Shown here: positions 1-46,815 of the stretch, one piece after another | Position numbering within the stretch: the first letter of the stretch is position 1 | Layout: every line of letters begins with the position of its first letter | NCBI GenBank assembly: GCA_002269645.1 | Contig: NIVC01002986.1 | Span: forward strand, 63,036 to 127,035 | Source of the DNA: Macrostomum lignano | Taxonomy: Eukaryota | Reading direction: 5' to 3' | DNA length: 64,000 nucleotides | Position numbers and translations under genes: made by a program | The notes under the pieces: model-generated | Told to the model about the DNA's origin: nothing | Database searches by the model: none | Seen by the model: only the letters and a program-made list of their open reading frames with translations

Positions 1-642
1 CTTCCTCGAGAGGATTAAATGGTGATTAACTCTGATTTTAGGCCCTGTGTCGCTAGAAAGGCGTTGGATAAATGTAGGCCCTACTAGTATTCTTGAGTAT
101 TCTCTATAGACCTGATAAAACATAATTTCAAGCCTAAGGCAACCAGGTATTATTAAAAACATTTATGAGGCATATTTAGAAACCAAAATTTTCAATACAG
201 TTTTCGAGGCTGATCCTAGATTTTTTCGATCAGAATTTTAATCTTCAAAACAATCAAACTGAAGAACATACGAATTATTCCCGATCAAAGAAAACCAGTC
301 ATGCCATTTTAGTCTATTCGTTTCTTCGACTAGTCGTTGAAATCAATGCCGATCATCTCCCACTTGGTGTCTTGCTCGGCTCTGATTTCCATCTAGCCTC
401 TGGATATGGATATAATATTAAGGCTTCAGCTAGATTCGTCTTCATTCCAATACATATCCCCAATGCTGTAAAGACATATTTCGTAGCCCTGGGCTAAGAT
501 CAGACACTTGATAGATAGATACATGTATGATATATGAATCGGCTAGCAGATTATGAGCTGAGAAATTGGCAATTGGGCCCGATAGATTAACAGCATTAAC
601 GATTTTTATTCGGCTGTAACTTATAACAGCAGCTCAGCTCAC

Positions 643-35443
<34,801 letters not shown>

Positions 35444-36580
35444 GATGGAAGAAGCTTTGATACGCTGCACACCTCGTGCGCTTGCAGCATTTTCACTTAT
35501 GTAGAGGTTTTTGGCATGTGTTGCGAGTTGAGTGAGGTAAGAAAAAATAGCAATTTAGGTTACCCCAAGGGAGAAACTATAGCTCACAATTTAAAATTGT
35601 CCAGTGGCACACTTATCGTCTTAAGATATCTACATAGCTAATCTAATCAGTGTTTTTAGCGTTTTTAAATTTTAATTATCATAAAATTGCTGACAATTAA
35701 CATTTTCTCACAAAAATAATACATAAAATAATTACATGTTGTTTCATTTTATCACTTAAACTATTTCAAACCCGGAAAACAATTTCGCTTTTATACTGAT
35801 TATACTGGAATATTGATTTGGCAGAAATATTTTTTAATCCACTCAGAAAAACAGCTTGAATCTAGGCTTGTATGCATTTTAGGTATCATAAAATATGCGC
35901 GTCTTAATCAGATTTCCCAGAGAGACAGAAACCAAGCGGAATTTCCTGCTGGAAGAAAGAAACTATATATAAACTTGCTCTTTGTGCCAAATTAGCTCGT
36001 AGTTAGCAAGTGAGTTTATCCCAGAACGCAGGACCGATTCAAATAAAAAGTATTTGGTAGTATTTGGTACTATCTATCTATTTATCTATCTATCTATCTG
36101 GACCTAAGAATATTATTAATACATGTAGTGAACTTAGGACTACTCAAGTAAGCTTGGACGGGAAACTTACGATGGGAAACTATATACGTTTTTTGAACAA
36201 AAAATAGGAGGCAGGTTTTACCGAAACAAAACATTACGGATTTGTTCTTTTTTCAGCACAAAAAAAGTTATTACTTTTGATAGGAAGCAAACGCAATGTA
36301 ATTCATCTTGTTTTACCTTTCCTAAATTCTTATAGCCCTATATAGCTATTGTATTCATGAAGCTTTCGTTCAGCAGAAATTAATTCGTTTCTATAATGTT
36401 GGTGGGATAGTTTAGTCGGGTTTTTAAAAAGTAGTGATCATTATAGTTCCAAACAAAAATCAGCTCTATATAGCACAGTGGACATGTTGTCTTTGCGTTT
36501 GTGCATATATGCATAAATGCAAACAAATGCAAATGTACATAAAATTGCAAGGTATAAGAGATCTCTATAGAGTGCTGAGA

Positions 36581-36624
36581 CATCTTGGCAGGGACTACAG
36601 AATTGAGTAGTCCCTGCATCTTGG
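36581..36624. mobile_element. 28-bp hAT-like mini-element with 8-bp target-site duplication
   Basis: catcttgg | cagggactac agaattga gtagtccctg | catcttgg: perfect 10-bp TIRs and a perfect 8-bp direct repeat. Confidence 0.65.
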
Positions 36625-37736
36625 AGTTCTGGGATGTCTGATCAAACTTAATAAGAAAGTGAGGCTTTTAAAATACCTCTGCTATGCATAGTTGGATGAA
36701 TGCTATAGTGTCACTTCGGGGTAATTATTGCTATTTGCACGACTATTATACATGTAAGTTATATTATTCGTAAATATCGTATAGTAAAGAGTACCATGCA
36801 TATATTGGTTTTGCCTTCGTCTATTCTAACGAATGCATTCTAATTCTAAAATCTAATTTAATTCATCATTTATACATGTGCCATCATCATCAGCTCATAT
36901 TAATTCATAACTCCATGTAACTATATGACAGCTTTGTAATTTTGCATCATACTGTAAAATCAGAGGTGTAGAGATGTGTGCGCATTCTGGGATGAAGCGG
37001 AATTGACAAACGTTGCTGATTTATTCATATACTTCGGAGTCTCTTTTTTAACCAAGCTTATTTATAGATTGTCTTGAAGAGAATTGGCAGCTCCAAAAGT
37101 TGAAGGAGTGTGGAATTTTAATCAAGTCAACTGGGCTGAAAGGTTAAATATTAAAAAAGCTAAAGCCACCATGGATTTTAGCTACCAAGTCTCTCGGCAA
37201 GTATAATTAATAAATCATGTCAAGAGATTTTCTGTCAACTTCTTCAAGGATTAATCCTTCTAGCTTCTCAAAATTAAGCAGTGCGTCCCGGGTACGAGTA
37301 GATGATGGTTACAACGGAGTAAAACTTAATTAAAATTTGAGTCTGCCGAATACTTTTACGACGCAAGCACAGCTACAGAAGGTATGCATGCGAACTTAAG
37401 GCGTGTTTTGGAAGGAAAAATCAATCAACAGAATAAGTGGTACTCGAACCAAAAACGAATTGATTAAGCCCAAAAAAAGAAAAAGATGTGAAAGCCTTGA
37501 TTGACCATCTTTCACCAATTAGGGGCTTGGGGAGTTGTACCAGGTGCCCGCAGCCGTGCTGTAGTATAAATAATAATGTTTTTATTAAAATTCGCCTAAT
37601 GTTAAGAAGCTCTTGTGTTGGCAGAGTGCCCCAGTCATTCAGACTGCCTGAGATACCTCATGAGCCTCATAGAGCAGTTTGCAATTGCTCGTGTCTATTT
37701 CACGGAAAATGTGAAATGCCTAATGGGCTTAAGTGC

Positions 37737-39255
37737 CCATACTGATGAGCAATCAGTGCCCATACTGATGAGCAATCAGTGCCCATACTGATGAGCAATC
37801 AGTGCCCATACTGATGAGCAATCAGTGCCCATACTGATGAGCAATCAGTGCCCATACTGATGAGCAATCAGTGCCCATACTGAGATGAGCAATCAGTGCC
37901 CATACTGATGAGCAATCAGTGCCCATACTGATGAGCAATCAGTGCCTATACTGATGAGCAATCAGTGCCCATACTGATGAGCAATCAGTGCCCATACTGA
38001 TGAGCAATCAGTGCCCATACTGATGAGCAATCAGTGCCCATACTGATGAGCAATCAGTAACCATACTGATGAGCAATCAGTACCCATACTGATGAGCAAT
38101 CAGTGCCCATATTGATGAGCAATCAGTGCCCATACTGATGAGCAATCAGTGCCCATTTTTTTATTAGAGGCAGGGGGGTTGTGTGCACCCTGGCGCACTT
38201 TAAGCGACATAGGCACACAACCGACAAGAGGCATTACTGCCCATTCCGCATACTCCCCTGAGCAGGCATACATGTACAAGCGCGCGGATACGTACGCAGG
38301 CACACACTCACACAGGAGTGTACAGCGGCCCTAACTTTATATTATCGTTAGGCATGTACACTTCACTGCACCTTGGGGGGTTGGCTCTCAAGGCCGTTAA
38401 TTGCACGAGCAGAGCCAAGCCGAGATTCCAATTCAGCCCCAAATTAATGTGACTGCACTTGGAATCGAGCCTGGGTCGCTGGCACACCAGAGCAGCTGCG
38501 CTACCGCTGGGCTACGGCCCCCAATCAGTGCCCATACTGATGAGCAATCAGTGCCCATACTGATGAGCAATCAGTGCCCATACTGATGAGCAATCAGTGC
38601 CCATACTGATGAGCAATCAGTGCCTATACTGATGAGCAATCAGTGCCCATACTGATGAGCAATCAGTGCCCATACTGATGAGCAATCAGTGCCCATACTG
38701 ATGAGCAATCAGTGCCCATACTGATGAGCAATCAGTGCCCATACTGATGAGCAATCAGTGCCCATACTGATGAGCAATCAGTGCCCATACTGATGAGCAA
38801 TCAGTGCCCATACTGATGAGCAATCAGTGCCCATACTGATGAGCAATCAGTGCCCATACTGATGAGCAATCAGTGCCCATACTGATGAGCAATCAGTGCC
38901 CATACTGATGAGCAATCAGTGCCCATACTGATGAGCAATCAGTGCCCATACTGATGAGCAATCAGTGCCCATACTGATGAGCAATCAGTGCCCATACTGA
39001 GATGAGCAATCAGTGCCCATACTGATGAGCAATCAGTGCCCATACTGATGAGCAATCAGTGCCTATACTGATGAGCAATCAGTGCCCATACTGAGATGAG
39101 CAATCAGTGCCCATACTGATGAGCAATCAGTGCCCATACTGATGAGCAATCAGTGCCCATACTGATGAGCAATCAGTGCCCATACTGATGAGCAATCAGT
39201 GCCCATACTGATGAGCAATCAGTGCCCATACTGATGAGCAATCAGTGCCCATAGA
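37737..39255. repeat. 23-bp minisatellite cagtgcccatactgatgagcaat, split by a SINE
   Basis: Arrays at 37737-38155 and 38522-39255. Confidence 0.96.
38156..38521 (-). mobile_element. tRNA-derived SINE family B, copy 1
   Basis: Minus-strand head ggggccgtagcccagcggtagcgc...ggctcgattcc and an A-rich tail. A 13-bp TSD caatcagtgccca lies at 38143-38155 and 38522-38534. Homologous to 52572-52955. Confidence 0.8.
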
Positions 39256-39689
39256 AATGATAGAAATGAAAAAATACATAAATGAATGAATTAAATTCTA
39301 CAGTTTTAATGTTTAATGTATTTAGCTTCAGAGCAAATGTACTAAAATAGAGTATTAAAACTCGCTCGTGAGGGAGAGGGATTTCAAATCGGGCTCAGTC
39401 TGCATACGAACCTAAACCACTTTTTCTATACTCGTATTTTCCTTTCAATAGGCTCATAAAAAATTCTAAGGTAATAATTGCTTTGCCCAAAGATAAACAT
39501 AGCCGCTTTAGAATTAACTGATGCGAGGGGTCGATATTGTTCATTTTTCCTGTGAAACGTCATTTGAAAACAATTCAACTGCTGAATGACAGCCGTACAG
39601 TCAGAAAAAAGAAACTATTCAAAAAAATCACACTGCACTGATGTGTAGTCATGTGTAGTACTGTCGCACAGAGACTGACTGATGGGGAG

Positions 39690-39830
39690 GGGTATAGGGA
39701 GTGTCTCATTGGGAATGGCTCATGGGGAGTGTCTCATGGGGAGTGTCTCATGGGAAGTGTCTCATGGGGAGTGACATAGGGAGTGATTCATGGGGAGTGA
39801 TTTACATGTATTGGGAGTGACTCATGTGTA
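39690..39830. repeat. Degenerate ~14-bp repeat gtgtctcatgggga
   Basis: A few imperfect tandem units. Confidence 0.7.
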
Positions 39831-40279
39831 GTATTGTCTCACAGGAAGAGTATATAGATGTGTAATGGAGAGGGACTCATAGGAAGTGAATCATTTGGAG
39901 TGACACATGGGGTGGTACGATCATAGCTGGTGAGTCAAACGATCTCTGCATTTAATTAAGCGTCTGTGGATAAGAGTGACTTCTAGAGAGTGACTGAGTT
40001 AAATGCAGTAATCAAAAGGAAAATAGAATGCAAAATTAGAGTACCATTTATAGTTGAATGCATCTTTCAAATAGCCCATAAAAAGGATCTTCGCAGTCAA
40101 GCCAATTAAACTAATTGGTTTAAACTGAACTCTTTAGTTTTAACGATAGATCCAAAAATATCGACTATTTTTTATTATCGAACGATATTTCGAATCTTTT
40201 TCTGGCTTATTAAAAATCAAACTGACAGAAAAAAACGTTTAATGAGATTTATTTTAAACGAAAAGCGATTATGAATCTA

Positions 40280-41461
40280 CGAGGGATTTTCCATAAGTAC
40301 TTATACTTATGCATGCTGCTAATGAACTACTCAACCGATCATCTCACAGCCTTGGTGTTGATGGAAAGCGCCTTTATCATTCTATCATTTGACGCAAGAA
40401 CCATCTTATTTAGTCAACTTGTTTAAAATTTACAACACAATATGCAGTCAAGGGTCACCCGCGAACTTACAAGAAATTCGAAGCCAAGAATGCCAACAGT
40501 AAACGATAAAAACCGAAACACATGGTGAATGAAATGAACGCTGGTTTCTCGGTCACTCGTCCTCGGTGGGTACAGAAGCCTTCTCAATGTAGTTGCCAGC
40601 TGAGTTGATGCACTTGGTCCATCGGGTGAGCATGCTGTCGATGTCTTCTGCGTACAGCTGTCGGGGATAATATGCAGCAGAACTTCCTCCTCGATCTGAT
40701 CCCTGTGGTCGTAAACACGGCCTTTCAGGTGGCGCTTCAGCTCTGGGAACAAAGCAAAGTCCGCTGGAGCCAGGTCCCGTGAGTAAGGAGGATGGGGCAG
40801 AACCATAAATTTCAGCTTGCTGATTGCCTCCGCTGTCCTTTGTGCCATATAAGGTCTTGCATTGTCGTGGTGGAGAATGAAAGGTTTTGGTTTTGCCCGG
40901 CGCTAGTTTTGGATGTCTTGATGTCTTGCTTACCGCACTAGCACCATGAATATTGCGCAACTCGGCATAGATCTCCGACCGCTTCTTTCTAAGCTTCCAA
41001 AGAGTGAAAATCGCAGCACGTTGTCCTGCGATTCACATCCATGGTGCACATCCATGGTGGAACAACAAACAAGGCTGGGAATGTCGCTCAAGATTGCAAA
41101 AAGCCAGTATGAAGAAACAAAGTTCTCAGCTAAGCTGATGCCAGTATTTTCCATAGACAAATATTATCAGATGCACTATGAGGGGTGTTGTGAAGCAAAG
41201 AATAAAATTTTGGGCAGTATCTGAAATAAATCAGAATGCTGAAAACCGATTTATAGCTCCAAAAAAATTATTGTAAGTCTGAGGGTGACCCTTGACTGCA
41301 TATTGTGTTGTAACTTTTGAACAAGTTGACTAAATAAGATGGTTCTTGCGTTAAATGATAGAATGATAAAGCCGCTTTCCATCAACACCAAGGCTGCGAT
41401 GATTGGTTGAGTAGTTCATTAGCAGCATGCAAAAGTATAAGTACTTATAGAACACCCCTCG
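40280..41461 (-). mobile_element. Non-autonomous, internally deleted mariner (Tc1/mariner) element
   Basis: TA flanks at 40278-79 and 41462-63. TIRs at 40280-40460 and 41283-41461 start with CGAGGG. Frameshifted transposase pieces: QRAAIFTLWK...SEIYAELRNIHG (HTH) fused to ILHHDNARPY...HPPYSRDLAPADF...RWTKCINSAGNYIEK. Confidence 0.92.
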
Positions 41462-42310
41462 TATCTTCAATGGGTTTCGGCTGTCAACTTTGAATTTTAT
41501 AAATTCACTCTAGAGCCACAAGCTAAGCGCTAAACGCGACTTTAGAAAATTGCTTTGGAAAATTTATTTCCACAGCTTCGTCATCACTTTAACAACAATC
41601 GAAAGAGAGATTCTTGCAAAAAATGTCAATTTTGAAAAGGTCGGTTTTGTTATGTCCAGCGATTGTGACCCATTGTGATGGCATGTTCGACTGTATGCGG
41701 AGATGTCTAAATATGTTACAAGCCTCGGTGCTCACAGACCTTATGATTTCGCATCCATCTGTCAAATGACATTAAATAACATTTAAACACTGAATAACAA
41801 TCAGATAACGGGATGTCCCTTTTTTATCTGTTTTATTGGACTAATCTGCTTACATGTACTTGATGCCTGTTTCACTATCCATCATTTTTTAATCATTTCA
41901 AAATGTTCAATCCAATTAAGCAACCCAAGCCAAATCATACGGTCTCATTGCAAAAATTTGCCATCTACAAAAAAACAAGTTTACAAAAACAATTTGTTAT
42001 TTTCACGTGCAAGCGGATTAGCATGCGTTCCAGGCAGCTGGATAAACAAGACTCAGATCGTGTTTCTCGCCTCAGGGATTTTTTCCGAATTGAAAAACCC
42101 GACCTGCGACGCGAGGCAGAACCGTGAAAGATTTTAAACGAGAATGGTGTCCTGAATGAACAAGTGCGGTCAACTCGTGATTAAAAATACGAGTAATTAA
42201 TTACATTTTTTATGGAGATTGATGCTGTTTTTACTTTTCACTTCAAGAGAACTTAATTTACAAAGATCTTAGAGTTTTTGAAGATCTGTTTCAGTTCTAC
42301 GGAATGGAAA

Positions 42311-42555
42311 GGGGGTTGCAGCCCAGTGGTTAGAGCGTCTGACTCACGACTTGAAGGTCGGGGGTTCGATTCTCGATCCCACTGGAACAATTTGTCCGTG
42401 AGCCAAGACACTTAACTCTGCATTGCTTCAGTTCACCCAGCTGTAAAATGGGTGCCAGCATTAGCTGGGGTAATTTAGGGTGTGCGTGGCGACCCCAGTT
42501 CTTGGGAATAGCGGTACGCAGCATTTAGATGCAATAGCTTCCGAAAATATTATTA
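42311..42555 (+). mobile_element. tRNA-derived SINE with CORE-like central domain
   Basis: A-box-like tggttagagcg and B box ggttcgattc with an imperfect anticodon stem. These are followed by gagccaagacacttaac...cacccagctgtaaaatgggt, which resembles the CORE-SINE domain. Confidence 0.7.
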
Positions 42556-43521
42556 CATGTACTGTTATTCCATTCTATCTTTATGTCTGAAGCTTGTCCT
42601 GCGATTCACGTCCACGAGCGCATCAAATACTCGTATCAAGCAGATTTAATCAAGTAAAGTAGATAAGAAACGGACATAAAATTCGTTGTTCCAGGTATCT
42701 CCAGGATCGCTGTTGAAATAATAAATAATAATCTGTCTGCCGCTGTCGAAGCTCTGGAAATGAATTCTTCAGAGCAATTTTACGAGCTAGGAAATGGATA
42801 CGTGCACCAACCTGTTCGTTCTTATCCGCAAGCAGTTTTATTATCAATCTATTCTACGAAATAAAGGATTTCTTCAGCCCGCTTATCTACGCACGATTCT
42901 CCTTGCTCCCATAAGCGCGCGGACTTGTGCGCTTCTCATCAATCTTCTCAGCAATCGTGCGTTGAAAATGAATTAGCGAATTGGAATTGGGTAGAAATTG
43001 CTCCGCTGTCTGCCGCTAATCCAGACTAACTATGCTTAATTCTTCACTTGAAGACCATCCCCTCCCCGGCAAGGCCTCGGGAAATTCTGCGAGTGCATGC
43101 GGATAATAAGTCCGATTGGCAAGCAGGCGGCTTTCTAGTCACGAACTCAGCCGTTGACTCGAGGAATCATTTTAGTCTTAAGGAATGAATCAAAGTTAGA
43201 TAAAATTCGTCCAGAGTCCAGTCCCGTATCCGGAATGGAAAACCCTAACTGAAGATTGCTGGATTCCCAATCTATCTGGACCGATGTGGGCTCACACTTG
43301 ATCCGAGTTTTCGGAGAGCTAGCATCAGATATTAGTAAGTCCTTTCTCTGGAAAATCTAATGAAGTCGGATGCTCTTCTCTCGTGAGTTCATTTGCTAGA
43401 TCTGTTTCTTTAGCAGAGCAGATGTGGGATCTCAGGAAATGGCATTTCTAGCCAGAAACTGATTGCTCGACAGTCGAACACAGCTTCCGGTATTTTAGGC
43501 CGTGGAAATAAGAGCAGCAGT

Positions 43522-43964
43522 TCATGCGTTCATCAAACATGTACTCTCTCCTCTGTGCCTTGGATGTTGGCCTTCTAGAACGCGTGTTGAAGCCAGGAAC
43601 TGAAAGTTATCGATGTAAGACACATTCAAATGTCGCTGCACTCGGTCCTCGAATTCATCGCAAAGCTTCGCAATTTTGTCTATCGGATAAGATTTCAAAT
43701 ATCCCTGAAGCACAAAGCATACAGCAGGATTTACAATCGTCAAAAACTTCAAATAAAGATTTAGGCAAGCAAAATAAATTCGACACACGCAAATGTAGTC
43801 ACGTGGCGTCAGACGGTTTTGAAGCAGCTCCACGTTTTGCGCTTTTGCGAAAATGTCATCATAAACTGCTACAGCAAGGAGGGCGTAGGAAATTCTTTGA
43901 TAAGACAAAGCTTGAAACATGGCATCCTGCATGAATTCGCGAATTGGAAAGACACGCAACGGAG
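43522..43964 (-). CDS. Hypothetical ORF or exon of unknown function, divergent from the GPCR
   Basis: Non-repetitive 145-codon ORF preceded by the acceptor-like ttttttcattag| at 43965. No family was recognised. Confidence 0.3.
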
Positions 43965-44203
43965 CTAATGAAAAAATACAGTTATAGCAACCGCTGGTTG
44001 GGGCAGTCAGTTAGGAAATTGAAACCAGCAAAGCGAATCCCTATTGGCTAAGAAGCGGAGCCCACTCTCTCCCTAACCCCAGCCAGATGAATGTAGCCCA
44101 TATTAGGACTGTTCGCAGTGAAAGACGGCTCATTTAATCTCTGTGTCTGCACCACAGCCAAAACCTTAAAAAAAACGAAGTATTTCAGCGACCAATTCGA
44201 AGA

Positions 44204-45427
44204 ATGTTCGAAGGCGCATTTCTAATTAAGTATTACCAGTTAAACAGCAATGTGTGCGCCGCGATCCGTTGGAAGCTTGAGAACATCAGTGGCAGCGAAT
44301 ACCTTGATCCGTACTGCAACGAGTACGACGTAGGCATGTCGGGCACGTTTCTGCCGGTGAGCCTGATCGGCCTTCTGCTAAGCCTATTCAGCGCCTGCAT
44401 CTTCTTGGGCCAGCGTCAACGCACTTCTTTCCGCACTAGCTTAGTTGCACTGTCTCTGGCCACCAGCGGCTACATGCTGCTGGCCTCCATAGACTTCATC
44501 AACGTACTGTCTGGCGCTTGCCTCTACTGGCGCGACCCGAGGCGCCGGCCTCAGGTCCTGGTGGCGGCAGTTGCTTGCGTACTCTGCGACTGCCTGCTCT
44601 GCCTGCGAAATTGGTGCAATCTGCTCATGACTGCACAGCGCACCGAGGCTTTAATATTCCCGTTGCGCGTCAATAAGCTGTTAAATAAGCGCAACTTTGT
44701 TGCCACCCTGATATTGCTGATTTTTCTGCTTCTGCCCATGTCTCTTGTGCGCTCGTTCGCCGAGTTTCTGGTGGTCTGCAGCGACTCGCAGAACAGCTTT
44801 GCTAGCGTCGGCTATCCGCTGCAACGCGACGACAAAGCCGACATTGTCGATCTCGAGTCGCACTATAGCTACCTGTACACGCAGGAGTGGTTCGAGTTCT
44901 ACGAGGCGCACGTGTTCTTCACTGTCCAGACGATCATCCCGGTGACCTGCGTGATGGCCTTCTCCGTGGCAATGTCGGTCACGATGCTGAAGAATCGCGG
45001 CGGCGGTGGCGGCGGAGGCGATGGTGGCGCAGCTTCGGCGGTCCCGTCGCAGAGCAAGCGGAACAAGGCGCGCGCCAGTCGAACCGTGCTGTGTCTGGCT
45101 ATCATTTTCAGCGCACTGCAAATGCCCAGCTACCTGGGCCAACTGCTCATGACTAGCGGCTGGCTCAACTTTCTATTCCAGGATAAGAAATTTCAATTCG
45201 TAGCCGAGCTGTCGCTGTTCCTAGACTCGATCTTCAATATATTTGTCTACGCCTATTTTGTGCCGGATTTCAAGCTGTTCTTTGTCCGCGCCTGGCGCCG
45301 GCTCACCTGTCAACAATTGCCGGAGTCGCGTCGGCTACCGCCGGGATGCAGCAGCGACTACAGCAGGCGGGTGCAGGACAGCGTCCCAGAGACAAGGGCT
45401 CTGCGCGCGACCGGCAGGACCGACTGA
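44204..45427 (+). CDS. Intronless class A (rhodopsin-like) GPCR, probable orphan peptide receptor
   Basis: 407-aa ORF with seven hydrophobic segments. The TM3 end LMTAQRTEALIFPL resembles LTxERYxAVCxPL. TM6 has LAIIFSALQMP; TM7 has LDSIFNIFVY followed by a helix-8 Phe. Confidence 0.88.
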   Translation: MFEGAFLIKYYQLNSNVCAAIRWKLENISGSEYLDPYCNEYDVGMSGTFLPVSLIGLLLSLFSACIFLGQRQRTSFRTSLVALSLATSGYMLLASIDFINVLSGACLYWRDPRRRPQVLVAAVACVLCDCLLCLRNWCNLLMTAQRTEALIFPLRVNKLLNKRNFVATLILLIFLLLPMSLVRSFAEFLVVCSDSQNSFASVGYPLQRDDKADIVDLESHYSYLYTQEWFEFYEAHVFFTVQTIIPVTCVMAFSVAMSVTMLKNRGGGGGGGDGGAASAVPSQSKRNKARASRTVLCLAIIFSALQMPSYLGQLLMTSGWLNFLFQDKKFQFVAELSLFLDSIFNIFVYAYFVPDFKLFFVRAWRRLTCQQLPESRRLPPGCSSDYSRRVQDSVPETRALRATGRTD

Positions 45428-46509
45428 ACCTCGTCAAGGCCTGGAAGCGCCCCGGATATAAGGAACTGAAATACTTTCATAATGAATAATGAACTTAGAC
45501 TGTCCTTGACACTTAATACCACCGCCCAGGCATGCGCGAACCACTTCACCGTTTTGAGCTCCATTGTCAGCCGCCCTGTCAATCTGTCAGACATACATTT
45601 GACGAAGAGGAATTTTGCACTCTACTCCAGTCCTCTCTGCCTTCATAGTTGCTGTCCCACTCTTCTAAATTCCCAAATACTCTTATAGTTTTCCTCTCTG
45701 CTTTGATTCCGCTTTCTGGCACGTAGAGAAGTACGTAAATATTTTCGCGATTTTTCAGATGATCAAACTCAAAATAGATAGTTAATTCAACTGTGGAACA
45801 AAAACATTTTCGTGATCATTTTATTTTTGCCGCTTCCGATTCACTCATTAAAACTCACGATTAAAATCTTTTGTCCAAAATGGAATCCAAACAATTTCCT
45901 CTCTGCTTTTTTCTAAATTTTTATGAATTCTGAGTTCTCTAGTCCTCTTTAACAACATAGAGAATAAAAACACAATGTATTATTTAATTAGCTTGGTCCC
46001 GCAAATGGAGCAAACTGACATGCTCCAAACAGAATCATTATCATAACGCAACTTCATCCGTTCGGGAGCGGATGGGTAGATTAAATAAATTTGCATTAGG
46101 ATTCAGTAGCAATATGCCCCCTGGCCTTCGAGCCTTGGCGGTTTATTTGTCTGCAAAGCTTAATATCTTGTCGTATCATTGATCTGATAATCTCTCTATC
46201 CATACCAGCTGCAGATACATATCTAGATTCACTCGCTGTGAACCTCCCGGGAGGCAACAATAAGCATTGAGCAGTATTCTCGTAAAATAATTTACGAGCT
46301 ACTTTCTCGATTGATAATGGTAGAGAATAGCAGTATCCTGGATGATTTAATTTATACACTAGCGCTTTACGTCAGAGGAACCTATACGCGCGATGTAAAA
46401 GTACCAATTTATCTGGGATCAACGTCAAGACGTCAGATTGCTTTACGGATACTCGTAAAACTAGAACGAAGCTAAACTTGCAAAAAGCACCAGACTTTTT
46501 CGCATTTAA

Positions 46510-46815
46510 TTTTGAACTAAGGGACAACCAAAAGTGACAAATCGCAATTCAATTTTGAACTAGGGACAACCAGGTGTGACAAATCGCAATTCAATTTTGA
46601 ACTAAGGACAACCAAAAGTGACAAATCGCAATTCAATTTTGAACTAAGGACAACCAAAAGTGACAAATCGCAATTCAATTTTGAACTAGGGACAACCAAA
46701 AGTGACAAATCGCAATTCAATTTTGAACTAAGGACAACCAAAAGTGAAAAATCGCAATTCAATTTTGAACTAGGGACAACCAAAAGTGACAAATCGCTAT
46801 TCAATTTTGAACTTT
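46510..46815. repeat. 42-bp minisatellite, about 7 copies
   Basis: gggacaaccaaaagtgacaaatcgcaattcaattttgaacta units. Confidence 0.93.

Noticed and set aside
380-475. MKTNLAEALILYP resembling UNC-13 KKTLQALIYP
   Set aside because: It is in the wrong phase relative to the acceptor (the phase-0 frame stops after 7 codons) and has no C1 cysteines. The real exon is probably off window.
36550-37382. Chain of small plus-strand exon-like pieces upstream of unc-13
   Set aside because: The phases are inconsistent, or they require a 23-nt intron; stops occur in all joined frames.
37737-39255. CRISPR-like palindromic repeats; CTGATGA hammerhead box
   Set aside because: The units abut with no unique spacers, there are no cas genes, the context is eukaryotic, and there is no GAAA partner box.
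42311-42385. Functional tRNA-Val(CAC) gene
   Set aside because: The anticodon and acceptor stems are mispaired, and the sequence runs into a SINE body.
46096-46359. 87-aa minus-strand ORF
   Set aside because: No recognisable family and no convincing splice sites linking it to a gene.
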